From a bacterium (GTDB lineage: Bacteria; Hinthialibacterota; Hinthialibacteria; Hinthialibacterales; Hinthialibacteraceae): a DNA stretch of 64,000 bases. The notes under the pieces were generated by a model. That model was given only the letters and a program-made list of their open reading frames with translations. It ran no database searches and had not been told where the DNA came from. A program made the translations under genes and the position numbers. The stretch spans positions 416,001-480,000 of the forward strand of contig CAXXMV010000008.1 in the NCBI GenBank assembly GCA_963662285.2. The letters run 5' to 3'. Shown one piece after another: positions 27,599-37,428 of this stretch (position 1 is the first letter of the stretch; every line of letters begins with the position of its first letter).

Positions 27599-30067
27599 AT
27601 GAAGAATAAATCTTTAGTATTGCTCATAATTGGTTTGGTTACCTGTGTATTCGCATGTCCGTCTTGGTGCGGTAGCGAATGGTTAAAAATGAACAGTGGA
27701 ACGAATAAAAACCTTACTGATATTTGGGGCAATTCGGCCAACGATGTCTACGTTGTGGGTTCTTATGGAACCATCCTGCACTACGATGGAAACAATTGGA
27801 GCGCAATGGACAGTGGTACGGAAGAATATCTATCGAGCGTGTGGAGCAGTTCGGCCAACGATGTCTTCGCTGTGTTGGAGACAGGAACCATCCTGCACTA
27901 CGATGGAAGCAATTGGAGCACAATGATCAGTGGAATAGATAAATATCTATCGTGCGTCTGGGGCAGTTCGGCCAACGATGTCTTCGTTGTGGGTTCTTCT
28001 GGAACCATCCTGCACTACGATGGAAACAATTGGACTACAATGAACAGTGGAACGGATGGTTTTATTTTAAACGTGTGGGGCCGTTCCGCCAACGATGTCT
28101 TCGCTGTTGGAGCAGGAATCATCCTGCATTACGATGGAAGCAATTGGAACACAATGGACAGTGGTAATTCTCATATTATTTATGGCGTATGGAGCAGTTC
28201 GGCCAACGATGTCTTTGCTGTTTGCAGAAATGGAGACATCCTGCACTACGATGGAAGCAATTGGAGCACAATGATCATCGGAACAGATGACGATGAATCT
28301 TTATATGGCGTGGGGGGCAGTTCGGCTAACGATGTCTACGCTGTTGGAGATTCAGGAAACATCCTGCACTACGATGGAAGCACGTGGAGCAAAATGAACA
28401 GCAGGACGATTAATTGGTTTGAAGACGTGTGGGCTACTACATCAAAGGTCTTCTGCATAGGCAGCAAAGGAACCATCCTTTACAGACCGCTTCACTGTGA
28501 TCTTGTTCTTAAAGATGCAAATGGAGACCAGTTAAATTTCTATCTAGGGAATTCACAAAACCAAGGTTATTCTTTCTACTATGGAAGTTGGGTATCCAAC
28601 GGCGCCGAATATGATTGCACGTTAGTCTACAATCAATTTGATAAGACAATCACCATAAACGCCGATTATAAAGACAATCAGACCTTCTATTACGCATTGA
28701 AATATGACAGTCCAAGTTTTTTTAATGGGTACTATACGCTTTATAACACCAATAAACCATTCACCGAAACTTATATGCAACTCATTGAAGGGGAATTCGC
28801 TACGACTTCAGCCGCCAAAATATCCCAACGGAACTCAGAACACCCGCAGGTGACTCCACAGCAGGATAATACGCTTAAACTGGGGGCGCTGATTCCCATA
28901 AGCGGCGAGTTGCAATCGCTTGGTGATGCGTTTGCCGCAACCCTGATGCTCGCTCAACAGGATGCGAATACATACCTGAACAATATTGGCAGCGAGTTAA
29001 CCGTCGAATTATTCACCGAAGACAACCAGGCCAACCCCGGCCAGACCTGGCACAGCATCCAGAGCCTGCGCGAACAGGGCGTCGCTGTGTTCCTCGGTCC
29101 GCAGGATAGCCCGTCGCTGGATTACATCAAGCAGTTCGCTGATGAAGAGGATTACCTTCTCCTATCCAGTTCATCAACCGCCGCGGAGATTTCCATCCCC
29201 GATGATAACGTAATGCGCTGCATCAGCGATGATAACTTACAAGCCGCCGCGCTGATCGATAAGATGAAAGCCGACGGCATCGAAGACATCATCATCGTCT
29301 CGCGCACCAATATCTATGGCCACGGGTTTTATCAATCTCTCGAACGGGGATGGATAGCTAATAATGAGACCACCGATCATATCATCGGCGACGTCATTGA
29401 AGACGCCACGGACGTCAACACGGCGGTCACCATATTGTTCAGTCGTCCCGATACTGATATCCCTGATACGCTTGAGTACTTAAAGAATATGCTCAGCGAG
29501 GATGAGTTCTCTGATAAAAGCAAGACAGCCGTGGTGCTGATAGCCTACGACGAAGGCGCCGCGCTTATGGAACAAGCCTCCACAATCGAAGGCCTGGGAG
29601 ACCTGCGCTGGTATGGAACAGATTCCCTCGCTCAGAACAACACTCTAATAAGCAACCCTGCCGCAGCTGAATTCGCGGCAAAAACCAACTTCACCTGCAC
29701 CACCTTCGCCATCCCTGAAAGTGAAGCATATAACGCAGCGCTGGAAAAAGTTACTACCATGTTAGGTCATACGCCGCCAGCCCTGGCTATGATCGCTTAT
29801 GACAGTTACCAACTGGCGGTGCGCGCTTACATCGAAGCGGGGTCAAATGATCCAGCAAGCATGAAAACCGCTTTGCAAAATGTCGCCGAGACTTATGAAG
29901 GCATTACAGGCGATTTGAGTTTCAACGCCAACGGCGACCGGGCCAACGGCGCCTATGAATACTGGACGCTGACCCAGGAAGATGGTCTCTACTATTGGCA
30001 ATCCGATTCCGGCCAAGTCTGGACTGGCGATCCGGTATTAATTCGGGAATGGAGTATTTTTGAATAA
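27599..30067 (+). CDS. Secreted multidomain protein: 7-repeat beta-propeller, linker domain, type I periplasmic binding (LivK-like) domain, WSIFE tail
   Basis: Signal peptide; WGSSANDVFAVG..GTILHYDG repeats; KLGALIPISG ... YEGITGDLSFNANGDR binding-protein signature. Confidence 0.85.
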   Translation: MKNKSLVLLIIGLVTCVFACPSWCGSEWLKMNSGTNKNLTDIWGNSANDVYVVGSYGTILHYDGNNWSAMDSGTEEYLSSVWSSSANDVFAVLETGTILHYDGSNWSTMISGIDKYLSCVWGSSANDVFVVGSSGTILHYDGNNWTTMNSGTDGFILNVWGRSANDVFAVGAGIILHYDGSNWNTMDSGNSHIIYGVWSSSANDVFAVCRNGDILHYDGSNWSTMIIGTDDDESLYGVGGSSANDVYAVGDSGNILHYDGSTWSKMNSRTINWFEDVWATTSKVFCIGSKGTILYRPLHCDLVLKDANGDQLNFYLGNSQNQGYSFYYGSWVSNGAEYDCTLVYNQFDKTITINADYKDNQTFYYALKYDSPSFFNGYYTLYNTNKPFTETYMQLIEGEFATTSAAKISQRNSEHPQVTPQQDNTLKLGALIPISGELQSLGDAFAATLMLAQQDANTYLNNIGSELTVELFTEDNQANPGQTWHSIQSLREQGVAVFLGPQDSPSLDYIKQFADEEDYLLLSSSSTAAEISIPDDNVMRCISDDNLQAAALIDKMKADGIEDIIIVSRTNIYGHGFYQSLERGWIANNETTDHIIGDVIEDATDVNTAVTILFSRPDTDIPDTLEYLKNMLSEDEFSDKSKTAVVLIAYDEGAALMEQASTIEGLGDLRWYGTDSLAQNNTLISNPAAAEFAAKTNFTCTTFAIPESEAYNAALEKVTTMLGHTPPALAMIAYDSYQLAVRAYIEAGSNDPASMKTALQNVAETYEGITGDLSFNANGDRANGAYEYWTLTQEDGLYYWQSDSGQVWTGDPVLIREWSIFE
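27725..28480 (+). repeat. Coding tandem repeat, ~117-bp unit x7 (last copy degenerate)
   Basis: Unit starts at 27725, 27842, 27959, 28076, 28190, 28313, 28430; conserved tcggccaacgatgtc and atcctgcactacgatgga. Confidence 0.9.
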
Positions 30068-30089
30068 CGATAATCCAATATGTAATCTA

Positions 30090-30117
30090 AAAGCCCTGCT
30101 AATTTTAGTAGGGCTTT
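30090..30117. terminator. Bidirectional terminator
   Basis: AAAGCCCTGCTAA-TT-TTAGTAGGGCTTT between convergent genes. Confidence 0.7.
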
Positions 30118-30120
30118 AAT

Positions 30121-31401
30121 TTATTGCAATAAAAATCCCGGTAGGAATAATGAGAAAAATGGGAAAATAGTGACAATCAACAACGCCATTACTTCAGCAA
30201 TTAAAAATGGAATCACAGCGCGGCTCAAGGTTGCAATCTCTATGCGTGAGATGGTAGACGCCACAAATAGGTTCACGCCCACCGGGGGAGTTATCTGACC
30301 TATGGCCATATTAACGGTAAGAATAATGCCGAAATGGATAGGATCAACGCCCACCTGACGCAAAACCGGCATGAAGATGGGCGCGAAAATATAGATAATC
30401 GATACCGCGTCGATAAAGCAGCCCATCACCAACAGAAAACCGTTTATTAAAAGAAGCAGCAAGATTTGATTTTGGCTAATGGTTAAAATCATACGGCTCA
30501 GTTCTTCGGTCAAATGGGTTTGATGAAGCACCCATGAGAAAAGCGAACCTCCCGCAATGATAAAAAGAATCTGCGCCGAACTGCGGCCTGCTTTGACCAA
30601 TAAACCGCTTAAGACTCCCTTTTTGAACAGAGAACGGTAGAAGATAATATCGACTAGAAGAATATATAAAACCGCCGCTCCGGCTGATTCTGTGGGAGTG
30701 AATATCCCTGTGTAGATGCCGCCCAGAATAATCACTGGAGCAATCAGAGCTAGCAGCGTTCCACCGATGACCGACCAGGATATAGGCGCCTTGTTGGAAG
30801 GCGTCAGGTCGCCGCGCGACAAAATCAATACAGCGATGATGAGCGATAAACTGACCAGAATACCCGGTAATACGCCCGCCAGAAACAAACGGCTGATTGA
30901 TGTCTCAGCCACCACGCCATAGATAATCAACGCAATGCTGGGCGGTACGATAATGCCGATGCCGCCGCCCGCCGCCAGCAACGCCGCCGAACGGGGCGCC
31001 GGAAAACCGGACGATGTCAGCAAGGGAAACAACAACACGCCCAACGCCGCAACATCAGCGGGGCCTGAACCTGAGATTCCAGCGAAAAGCAGCGAAACGA
31101 TAACCGCAACCACCGCCGTTCCACCGCGCAGGCCGCCAACCGTAGCGATTACGAAATCCAGCAGACGTTTGGCGAGAGCGCTCTCGCCCAACATGTGCCC
31201 CGCAGTTAAAAACAAGGGGATAGCCAGTAATTTATATGAATCCAGAGCAGAGAAAACCTGCTGGGCGATAATGATCGGGTCTTCCAACCTAAAAGCGAAG
31301 ATTACAGCTATAGCAGAGAGTCCCAGAGAAAACGCCACTGGAACTTCTAGCAACAGTAAAGTAAAAAAAAGTCCAAAAAGAAGCAGAGCAATCCAGATCA
31401 T
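30121..31401 (-). CDS. dctM: TRAP transporter large permease subunit (DctM)
   Basis: LLAIPLF, FAGISGSGPAD, IIVPPSI, GIFTPTE, DPIHFG, GQITPPVGVNLF. Confidence 0.93.
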   Translation of the reverse strand: MIWIALLLFGLFFTLLLLEVPVAFSLGLSAIAVIFAFRLEDPIIIAQQVFSALDSYKLLAIPLFLTAGHMLGESALAKRLLDFVIATVGGLRGGTAVVAVIVSLLFAGISGSGPADVAALGVLLFPLLTSSGFPAPRSAALLAAGGGIGIIVPPSIALIIYGVVAETSISRLFLAGVLPGILVSLSLIIAVLILSRGDLTPSNKAPISWSVIGGTLLALIAPVIILGGIYTGIFTPTESAGAAVLYILLVDIIFYRSLFKKGVLSGLLVKAGRSSAQILFIIAGGSLFSWVLHQTHLTEELSRMILTISQNQILLLLLINGFLLVMGCFIDAVSIIYIFAPIFMPVLRQVGVDPIHFGIILTVNMAIGQITPPVGVNLFVASTISRIEIATLSRAVIPFLIAEVMALLIVTIFPFFSLFLPGFLLQ

Positions 31402-31614
31402 AATTATCTCAAAACGTTTATAGAGTGAACATAAAATCTAGCCGGATTAAAGTATCTACTGTAGTCCGGCGCGATAATATTTCATAAATAATAAACCAAC
31501 AATCATTACAAAACCGCTCCAAAGGGAGAAATATGGAAGAACATGCGCTATGCTTGTACATTAAAATACATTATGAGATGAATCATTCTATACCCGCCGC
31601 ATAGGAAACAGTGA

Positions 31615-32355
31615 ATGAACGGTTATACAATATTCGCCTTAGCTTTCGCTCCGGGAGCGTTCTGGCTGTGGTATTTTTATAAAAAAGACAAACTGGAACC
31701 GGAGCCGAAATCGCTGATCCTGCGAGTATTCGCGCTAGGTATGCTGGCGGTGATCCCGGCGTTTTTTGCTGAACAGGCGGCGGATTGCTTTTTGTCGCTG
31801 TTCTCGCCGGTTTTGATCCTGATAGCCGGCGCCCCGGTAATTGAGGAGTTGGCCAAATTTCTGGTAGTGCGTTTTACCATTTTCAGAAACAAAGAGTTCA
31901 ACGAACCGATGGATGGAATAGTCTATGCGGCTGCGGTCGCTTTGGGATTCGCTTCGCTGGAGAATTTTGGATACATCAGCACCGCATATATGAACATGCT
32001 ATCTATACCAACAGCCCATGCTACATCGCATGAGGTATGGGGGATATCATTCACCCGCGCAATCTTTTCCGTTCCCGGACATGTATTGTTTTCAGTGATG
32101 TGGGGGTACGCCTTGGGCGCCGCCAAGTTTATGCATGATCAAGCCTATGGCAGAAGATTGGTAGTGCATGGATTGATATTATCAATGGTTCTACATGGCG
32201 TCTTTAATTCGGTATTAAATTCCCCCTTGGCGCTGGGCTTGCTTTTGCTTTTTATGTTTGCCGCTTGGCGCATGGTGCGCAAACGCATCACCACAGCGTT
32301 AATGAATTCACCCTTCTCTAAACAGGTTGCCGCCGAACGTGAATTTGATGAATAA
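31615..32355 (+). CDS. prsW: PrsW-family intramembrane glutamic/metalloprotease
   Basis: DKLEPEP, IEELAK, DGIVY...LGFASLEN, R...VPGH, HGVFN motifs. Confidence 0.9.
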   Translation: MNGYTIFALAFAPGAFWLWYFYKKDKLEPEPKSLILRVFALGMLAVIPAFFAEQAADCFLSLFSPVLILIAGAPVIEELAKFLVVRFTIFRNKEFNEPMDGIVYAAAVALGFASLENFGYISTAYMNMLSIPTAHATSHEVWGISFTRAIFSVPGHVLFSVMWGYALGAAKFMHDQAYGRRLVVHGLILSMVLHGVFNSVLNSPLALGLLLLFMFAAWRMVRKRITTALMNSPFSKQVAAEREFDE

Positions 32356-32365
32356 CCACCTACGC

Positions 32366-32395
32366 GTAGGGTGGGTCGCGCCTCATCGACCCACC
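32366..32395. repeat. GTAG-type REP palindrome
   Basis: GTAG then GGTGGGTCG..CGACCCACC 9-bp stem, between convergent genes. Confidence 0.65.
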
Positions 32396-32451
32396 GAAAA
32401 ACCACCACCGATAACAAACCACTCCCCACTAAACACTTGCAACCAAACCGC

Positions 32452-33498
32452 CTACTTCGCCAGATAATTCCCAAAGCCTACGATAATGGTAGACAAGATC
32501 AACACGCCTATTCCAGTCCAGACCAGCGCATGGGTCTTCTTGCCGACGCCTTTCCATTCGCGGAATATCCATCCCCAAATATTTGAGAAAATAATGATAA
32601 AGGCCATGTGGATCGTCCAGCTGGAGAAATCATATTTCCCCATCTGGGTAGTTCCCATGCCGTAAAACATAAACTGCAAATACCAGGTTATTCCGGCTAA
32701 CGCGGAAAAAATGTAATTCAACAGCATGGGCGTTTCAACGGTTTTGATATAATCGCACCAGGAGTTATTCTTGAAATTAAGATACAAGCACCAGATAAAA
32801 TTTGTAGTGAATCCGCCAGCTAGGATAATGATGAAAACCGGAGTGTTCTGCCATAAATCCGGAGTCCCCATTTGAACAGCCAGTTCTGCAATCGGTTTGC
32901 CGGTATTGATGCCGAACGACATGCAGGCGCTCATCACGCCTGCGAATAACGCCACCCACACGCCTTTCCAGAAATTGAATTCACGGATAGTTTGTTGTTT
33001 TTCCTCAGATGGAATCTCTTTCTCTTTACGGATGCCAGCCGCCCCGCAAAACGAGATGCCGATCATACAAGCGGCGACGCCGGACAATACTACAATCCCT
33101 GAAAGGCTGCCAATCAGCTCGCCAAACTGGTTCTGAAATAATGGAGGAATTATAGTGCCAAATGCCGCGCAGAATCCCAAGGCCAACGCATAGCCCAGCG
33201 ACATGCCCAGATAACGCATGGAAAGGCCGAAAGTCAATCCGCCGACGCCCCATAAGACGCCGAAGAAATAACTCCATAATACAGCATTCCCCGGCGATGA
33301 AGATAGCACTTCCAATAAGTTGGGAACGGTTAACAGAGCGACAATCCAGGGAGTGATAAGCCAACTGAATACGCCGCCGATCAGCCAATAACTTTCCCAT
33401 GACCAATTGCGGACTTTTTTGAATGGAATATAAAAACTGGCGGCGGCCAATCCGCCAATAGCATGAAGACATACGCCAAGAAATGGATTAATATCCAT
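32452..33498 (-). CDS. rhaT: L-rhamnose/proton symporter
   Basis: ASFYIPFKKVRNWSWESYW, GLTFGLSMRYLG, WYLQFMFYGMG, SWTIHM, EWKG. Confidence 0.93.
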   Translation of the reverse strand: MDINPFLGVCLHAIGGLAAASFYIPFKKVRNWSWESYWLIGGVFSWLITPWIVALLTVPNLLEVLSSSPGNAVLWSYFFGVLWGVGGLTFGLSMRYLGMSLGYALALGFCAAFGTIIPPLFQNQFGELIGSLSGIVVLSGVAACMIGISFCGAAGIRKEKEIPSEEKQQTIREFNFWKGVWVALFAGVMSACMSFGINTGKPIAELAVQMGTPDLWQNTPVFIIILAGGFTTNFIWCLYLNFKNNSWCDYIKTVETPMLLNYIFSALAGITWYLQFMFYGMGTTQMGKYDFSSWTIHMAFIIIFSNIWGWIFREWKGVGKKTHALVWTGIGVLILSTIIVGFGNYLAK

Positions 33499-33627
33499 TG
33501 GTTCCCCCAATTATGAGATGATTTAAAATATTATATTGGATCATAGATAATATATGAACGCAAGAGTAGAGCATCATCTTTCTTATGCAATATTATCCTT
33601 TTGACGCTATAACCTTCGACCTTACAT

Positions 33628-33664
33628 CCCCTCTCCCATCGGGAGAGATAAAGGGTAGGGGGGT
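33628..33664. repeat. REP-like palindrome, C-rich/G-rich family, copy 4
   Basis: cccctctcccatcgggagagataaagggtaggggggt. Confidence 0.5.
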
Positions 33665-33692
33665 AATCAAATAACACTACCAGTAAACCGCC

Positions 33693-34553
33693 CTACTTAT
33701 TCCAGAAGTACTGAAACAGTAAAAGATCCAACTGGTTCACCGATCCATCTGCGTTAATATCGGCGCTGGATTGCAAACCAGGATCGATGGTCGGTATAGG
33801 GGTTGGCGTCGGCGGAATGGGAGTCGGAGTCGGCGGGCCAACAATTACGGGGGTAAAGGTAGGCGTAGGAGTGGGCGTACCTTCTATCTCATAGACGATA
33901 TCCAGCATGTTAATCACATGCCAGGGCGCATCTTCATCACGACTTGTATTATCATTTGCATCAGAAACCGAAAAAGCCAGAAAATTCTTTTTTAGCGAAT
34001 ATTCAAAAATACTGCGTGATTCTCCCGGAGGAGGAGTAGCGCTTCGGGCGGGAATGCCTAAATTCAGCTTTTGCCCTGTTTCAAAATGATAAAACCGCAT
34101 AATTGTATTATAGGCTTTCTTATCTCCATCGATATCTATTCCCTCATCGGCTTCGTCAAATAAAAAAACCATATATTTTCCATCATCCGGTAAACGCACC
34201 GATCCGGGAATACCATCTTCATTGGTATCGAATAACTTGTTGTTATCGGGTTCCCAGATAAAGAAGCGCTTATTATCATCGAATCCGGTATTATCTGAAA
34301 AGATGATTCTGTCATCAGTAATTGCTTCGAGATGCACATCAACGATACGCTGCACATCAACTTTCAACCGGCTAATAGGGGTTGGAGTTTTACTGATTTT
34401 CACTGTATTGGAAATACCATAAACAGTAGGATATGGAGTAATATTCTGAGCAATGCCTAATACCGGCGAGACGCACAATGCCAGAAAAAACAGGGTGATG
34501 ATAAAGAATGACTTTGCGCATAATAGAAAACAGGAGAAACGATCTCGGAACAC
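33693..34553 (-). CDS. Secreted protein with PT-rich linker and C-terminal dockerin/EF-hand-like motif
   Basis: Signal peptide; TPTPTPT linker; ends SADINADGSVNQLDLLLFQYFWNK; internal DIDGD loop. Confidence 0.78.
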   Translation of the reverse strand: MFRDRFSCFLLCAKSFFIITLFFLALCVSPVLGIAQNITPYPTVYGISNTVKISKTPTPISRLKVDVQRIVDVHLEAITDDRIIFSDNTGFDDNKRFFIWEPDNNKLFDTNEDGIPGSVRLPDDGKYMVFLFDEADEGIDIDGDKKAYNTIMRFYHFETGQKLNLGIPARSATPPPGESRSIFEYSLKKNFLAFSVSDANDNTSRDEDAPWHVINMLDIVYEIEGTPTPTPTFTPVIVGPPTPTPIPPTPTPIPTIDPGLQSSADINADGSVNQLDLLLFQYFWNK

Positions 34554-34766
34554 GATTTGAACCTCTCTAAAAACAAGTTTAGGATTATTGTAGCACTATA
34601 GGAATATATCCCAATTGAAAGAGTTTTGCCCGAAAAAAATGTTTTTATTTCAGAGGGTTCTAGAGTGGTTGTCGTAACAATGTTTTGATTGGCGTATACG
34701 AAGACCAAACTTGATAATAAACGAAATATATTTTCAGAACATATTTTAAACAATCGCTCTATACTA

Positions 34767-35675
34767 TTAATTGATGCTCAGATAATTGATATATTCAGCA
34801 GGGTTTATGTTTTTTGCATTAACCCTTGTTTTATTAGGCGTGAGTTTTTTCGAATTACCAGAATGGTTTTGTTGGTTGAATAAAACCGATTGACTCGAAG
34901 GTAATATAATTCCGGAAAGCGGCATGGCATAGTCACCCTCAATGTTATCAACATCCTCAGATTTATCGATGCTCAGCATTTTATATTTATGAAGGCATAA
35001 AAAAGCATCGGCGTCGCCTTCAATGAAAGAGTAATCATTAAATTGATTCGCTGCATAAGTATGTGAATGCATCACAACTGCGTCAGAAACGTATTGAATC
35101 AGATACCCTTTACGTTTAGCCCAGCATCCCCATTCGAAATCCTCGGCGCCCCATGCATCTATCGAGAATGGTCTTTCCTGCCAGATTGATCTACGTATAG
35201 CAGCGAAAGACATAGAGAATGGAATATAATCCGGAGCAACGCCTTTTTCTGGAAATGCTTTTTGATAACAAGGTCTGATCCAAGATTCAGCATCTATGCG
35301 TGGAACCTGACGTCCAAAAGCGGCCTTAACCGCGGGATTATCGAATGAACCAACAAGGCGTTTTAAGGCATAGGGAGAGACCAACGGAGCATCTGCATTA
35401 AGAAATACGATCATATCACCATTGGTTGTACTGATTGTATTATTTAAGACATGACCTGTACTATAAGTATTTGAATTAACTTTATAGCGTATGCAATTAT
35501 ATTCGCGAACAATATCTCTAGTGCGATCAGTTGAACTGTAGTCAATCACGATCAGTTCATACTTTTCATAAGCCTGCATAAAAAGAGAAGTCAATGTTTC
35601 TCCAATTACATGTTCCGAATTATTAGTCCGGATGATAATCGATACAGGAATATTGTTATTTTTGAGTATAACCAT
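34767..35675 (-). CDS. Glycosyltransferase family 2 (rhamnosyltransferase-like)
   Basis: VSIIIRT-N, VID-SSTD-T, FLNADA, FGRQ-PR, AEDFEW, V-HSH-Y; start may be 35675 or 35723. Confidence 0.85.
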   Translation of the reverse strand: MVILKNNNIPVSIIIRTNNSEHVIGETLTSLFMQAYEKYELIVIDYSSTDRTRDIVREYNCIRYKVNSNTYSTGHVLNNTISTTNGDMIVFLNADAPLVSPYALKRLVGSFDNPAVKAAFGRQVPRIDAESWIRPCYQKAFPEKGVAPDYIPFSMSFAAIRRSIWQERPFSIDAWGAEDFEWGCWAKRKGYLIQYVSDAVVMHSHTYAANQFNDYSFIEGDADAFLCLHKYKMLSIDKSEDVDNIEGDYAMPLSGIILPSSQSVLFNQQNHSGNSKKLTPNKTRVNAKNINPAEYINYLSIN

Positions 35676-35752
35676 GATTAATATCCTGTTTTTTACATAA
35701 TTGAGAAAATCAAAATTCTCCACCTAATTAATTGTTTATTTTCGTTTTAATA

Positions 35753-35769
35753 AGCAAAAGATTTGCCAA
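35753..35769 (-). promoter_or_regulatory. Sigma54 (-24/-12) promoter upstream of the GT2 gene
   Basis: Minus strand reads TTGGCAAATCTTTTGCT = TGGCA..TTGCT with exact GG-N10-GC spacing. Confidence 0.7.
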
Positions 35770-35961
35770 ATATACGGATAAATTTATATATAGACATAAG
35801 TTACATGTAATCAATTACATATCTTAATAAAAAAATATATCACAGGGGATTTATAACAAAGCAAAAAAGCAAGCCTAATTTGTTTTTTAAAAAATGAGAA
35901 TAATTTTGGAGATATTAAAAAGATGATGTAAACTTATAAAAGAAGATGATTTGGCAGACTT

Positions 35962-37428
35962 TTAACTTGCCTCTATTTTATGCTTATCACAATATAACAA
36001 CCTAAATTCCCAAATCATTAAGACGAAAAAAGGTATATATTCAATTTGCCTTGAATATGGTAGATAATCCCAAGGATCGAGAGTGAAGAAAGTATAGTAT
36101 ATGAAAATGCTTATTGATAAATATAACCATGAAGGGCGAATGCAGAAACATAAAAAGGGAACAATCCAGGTTATATACCATGGATTGCATACCGGACTAC
36201 ATATCAGGATTGCGCCTACTATATAAAAAGTATAATTAAGTTGCTGATTATAATCGATTTCGGGATTACGAAACGACTTCCATATCAAAATCAACGATAA
36301 CCCGGCAACAAAGGCCGCGCATAAAGCTTTGGCAAGCAGGAATGAATCGAAACTGAACATAACTCCTGTAAAAGTAAACAGTTCCCCGCCCTCTCCCCAT
36401 TGAGGAATTCCAATTATTCCCAATACATATTCCAATACAACAACTACGCTGCTGTTGCTTTCCCAACGGTTAGCAAATGCGGCCAAGCCGCTGGCGCCGC
36501 GTTCTCCAACGCCGCTGAATAGAAATACGCCGCCCACAATGATCCCGATGCATACAAGCCATGATTTTATCGATTGCTTTATTAACCATATCGGCGCTGA
36601 TAAAACAGGATGCACCTTGGTCAGCGCGGCGCAAGCCCAGGCGGCGCCGCAACGTTTTCCATATCCCACTACTGCAAAAAGCACGCCCAGGAATAGATCT
36701 GCCATGGCGATAACATCGAAATGAAGCGTATTGACCGTCTCTTTTAATACCAGCGGAGACCAGGCATAGACCAACACCCAAGACGGGTCGCGGCCAAAAC
36801 GCGGTAATAATATAACCAGCGACATAATCAACAAAGCGTCAAAAAATAATATCATCACCCGCCAGCCATATAACGATAGTGGATAAACTTTCGCCGCAAC
36901 TCCAAAAACCACTTGCGCGAAGGGAGGGTAAATTGTAATGACCGATGGATTATTGACTTCGGAGAGAATCTGATGAGCCGCTTTGTTTTTACGAACCACA
37001 ATTCTTAGACGATCAAGTTTTCTTTGTTCTGTTGTGGATAATCCGGCTATGGGACCGTCATCAAGCACTTCTTGAGGAGAGAACTGGTAGGGATTGTATC
37101 CATTGGAGAGTACGAATCCATCCCATAAATAACGGTAATAATCGGTCTCCAGAATTGGCTTTCCGGGGAAAAGCAAAAGCCGGAAAATCACCGCCCACAA
37201 CAGGACGACGCCTAACCTGGGCAACGAACCACCTGAAGCCATACGCCAAATAGCGAAGATATAGAAAACCGAAGCGCCGCCCAAAAGCAGCAGCAGCAAC
37301 GTCACACCACGGGTGGTTCCAGATGCATCAACATGAAACGAAAACACGCTCAACGAAACGCAGACCAAAGCTATGGCTGCACCGCATCCATGGATAATAA
37401 ACGACCGGTTCACATGTCCTGACCGCAA
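35962..37428 (-). CDS. Polytopic GT-C glycosyltransferase (GT87/DUF2029-like)
   Basis: DYYRYLWDG..NPY, TIYPP, YAWSPL..E...H-D, PWY-TW motifs. Confidence 0.8.
   Translation of the reverse strand: MRSGHVNRSFIIHGCGAAIALVCVSLSVFSFHVDASGTTRGVTLLLLLLGGASVFYIFAIWRMASGGSLPRLGVVLLWAVIFRLLLFPGKPILETDYYRYLWDGFVLSNGYNPYQFSPQEVLDDGPIAGLSTTEQRKLDRLRIVVRKNKAAHQILSEVNNPSVITIYPPFAQVVFGVAAKVYPLSLYGWRVMILFFDALLIMSLVILLPRFGRDPSWVLVYAWSPLVLKETVNTLHFDVIAMADLFLGVLFAVVGYGKRCGAAWACAALTKVHPVLSAPIWLIKQSIKSWLVCIGIIVGGVFLFSGVGERGASGLAAFANRWESNSSVVVVLEYVLGIIGIPQWGEGGELFTFTGVMFSFDSFLLAKALCAAFVAGLSLILIWKSFRNPEIDYNQQLNYTFYIVGAILICSPVCNPWYITWIVPFLCFCIRPSWLYLSISIFIYYTFFTLDPWDYLPYSRQIEYIPFFVLMIWEFRLLYCDKHKIEAS

Noticed and set aside
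27725-28480. Regularly spaced repeats that could be taken for a CRISPR array
   Set aside because: Units are in-frame 114-123-bp coding repeats whose 'spacers' are also similar to each other; no cas genes in the window
30935-31423. 162-aa plus-strand ORF (and similar antisense ORFs such as 27016..27522 and 6681..7100)
   Set aside because: Antisense to well-supported genes (dctM, aroB, secretin), with no independent RBS or motifs
31615-32355. PrsW as the processing enzyme for the WxL tail
   Set aside because: The tails lack a TM segment for an intramembrane protease to act on; proximity alone is insufficient
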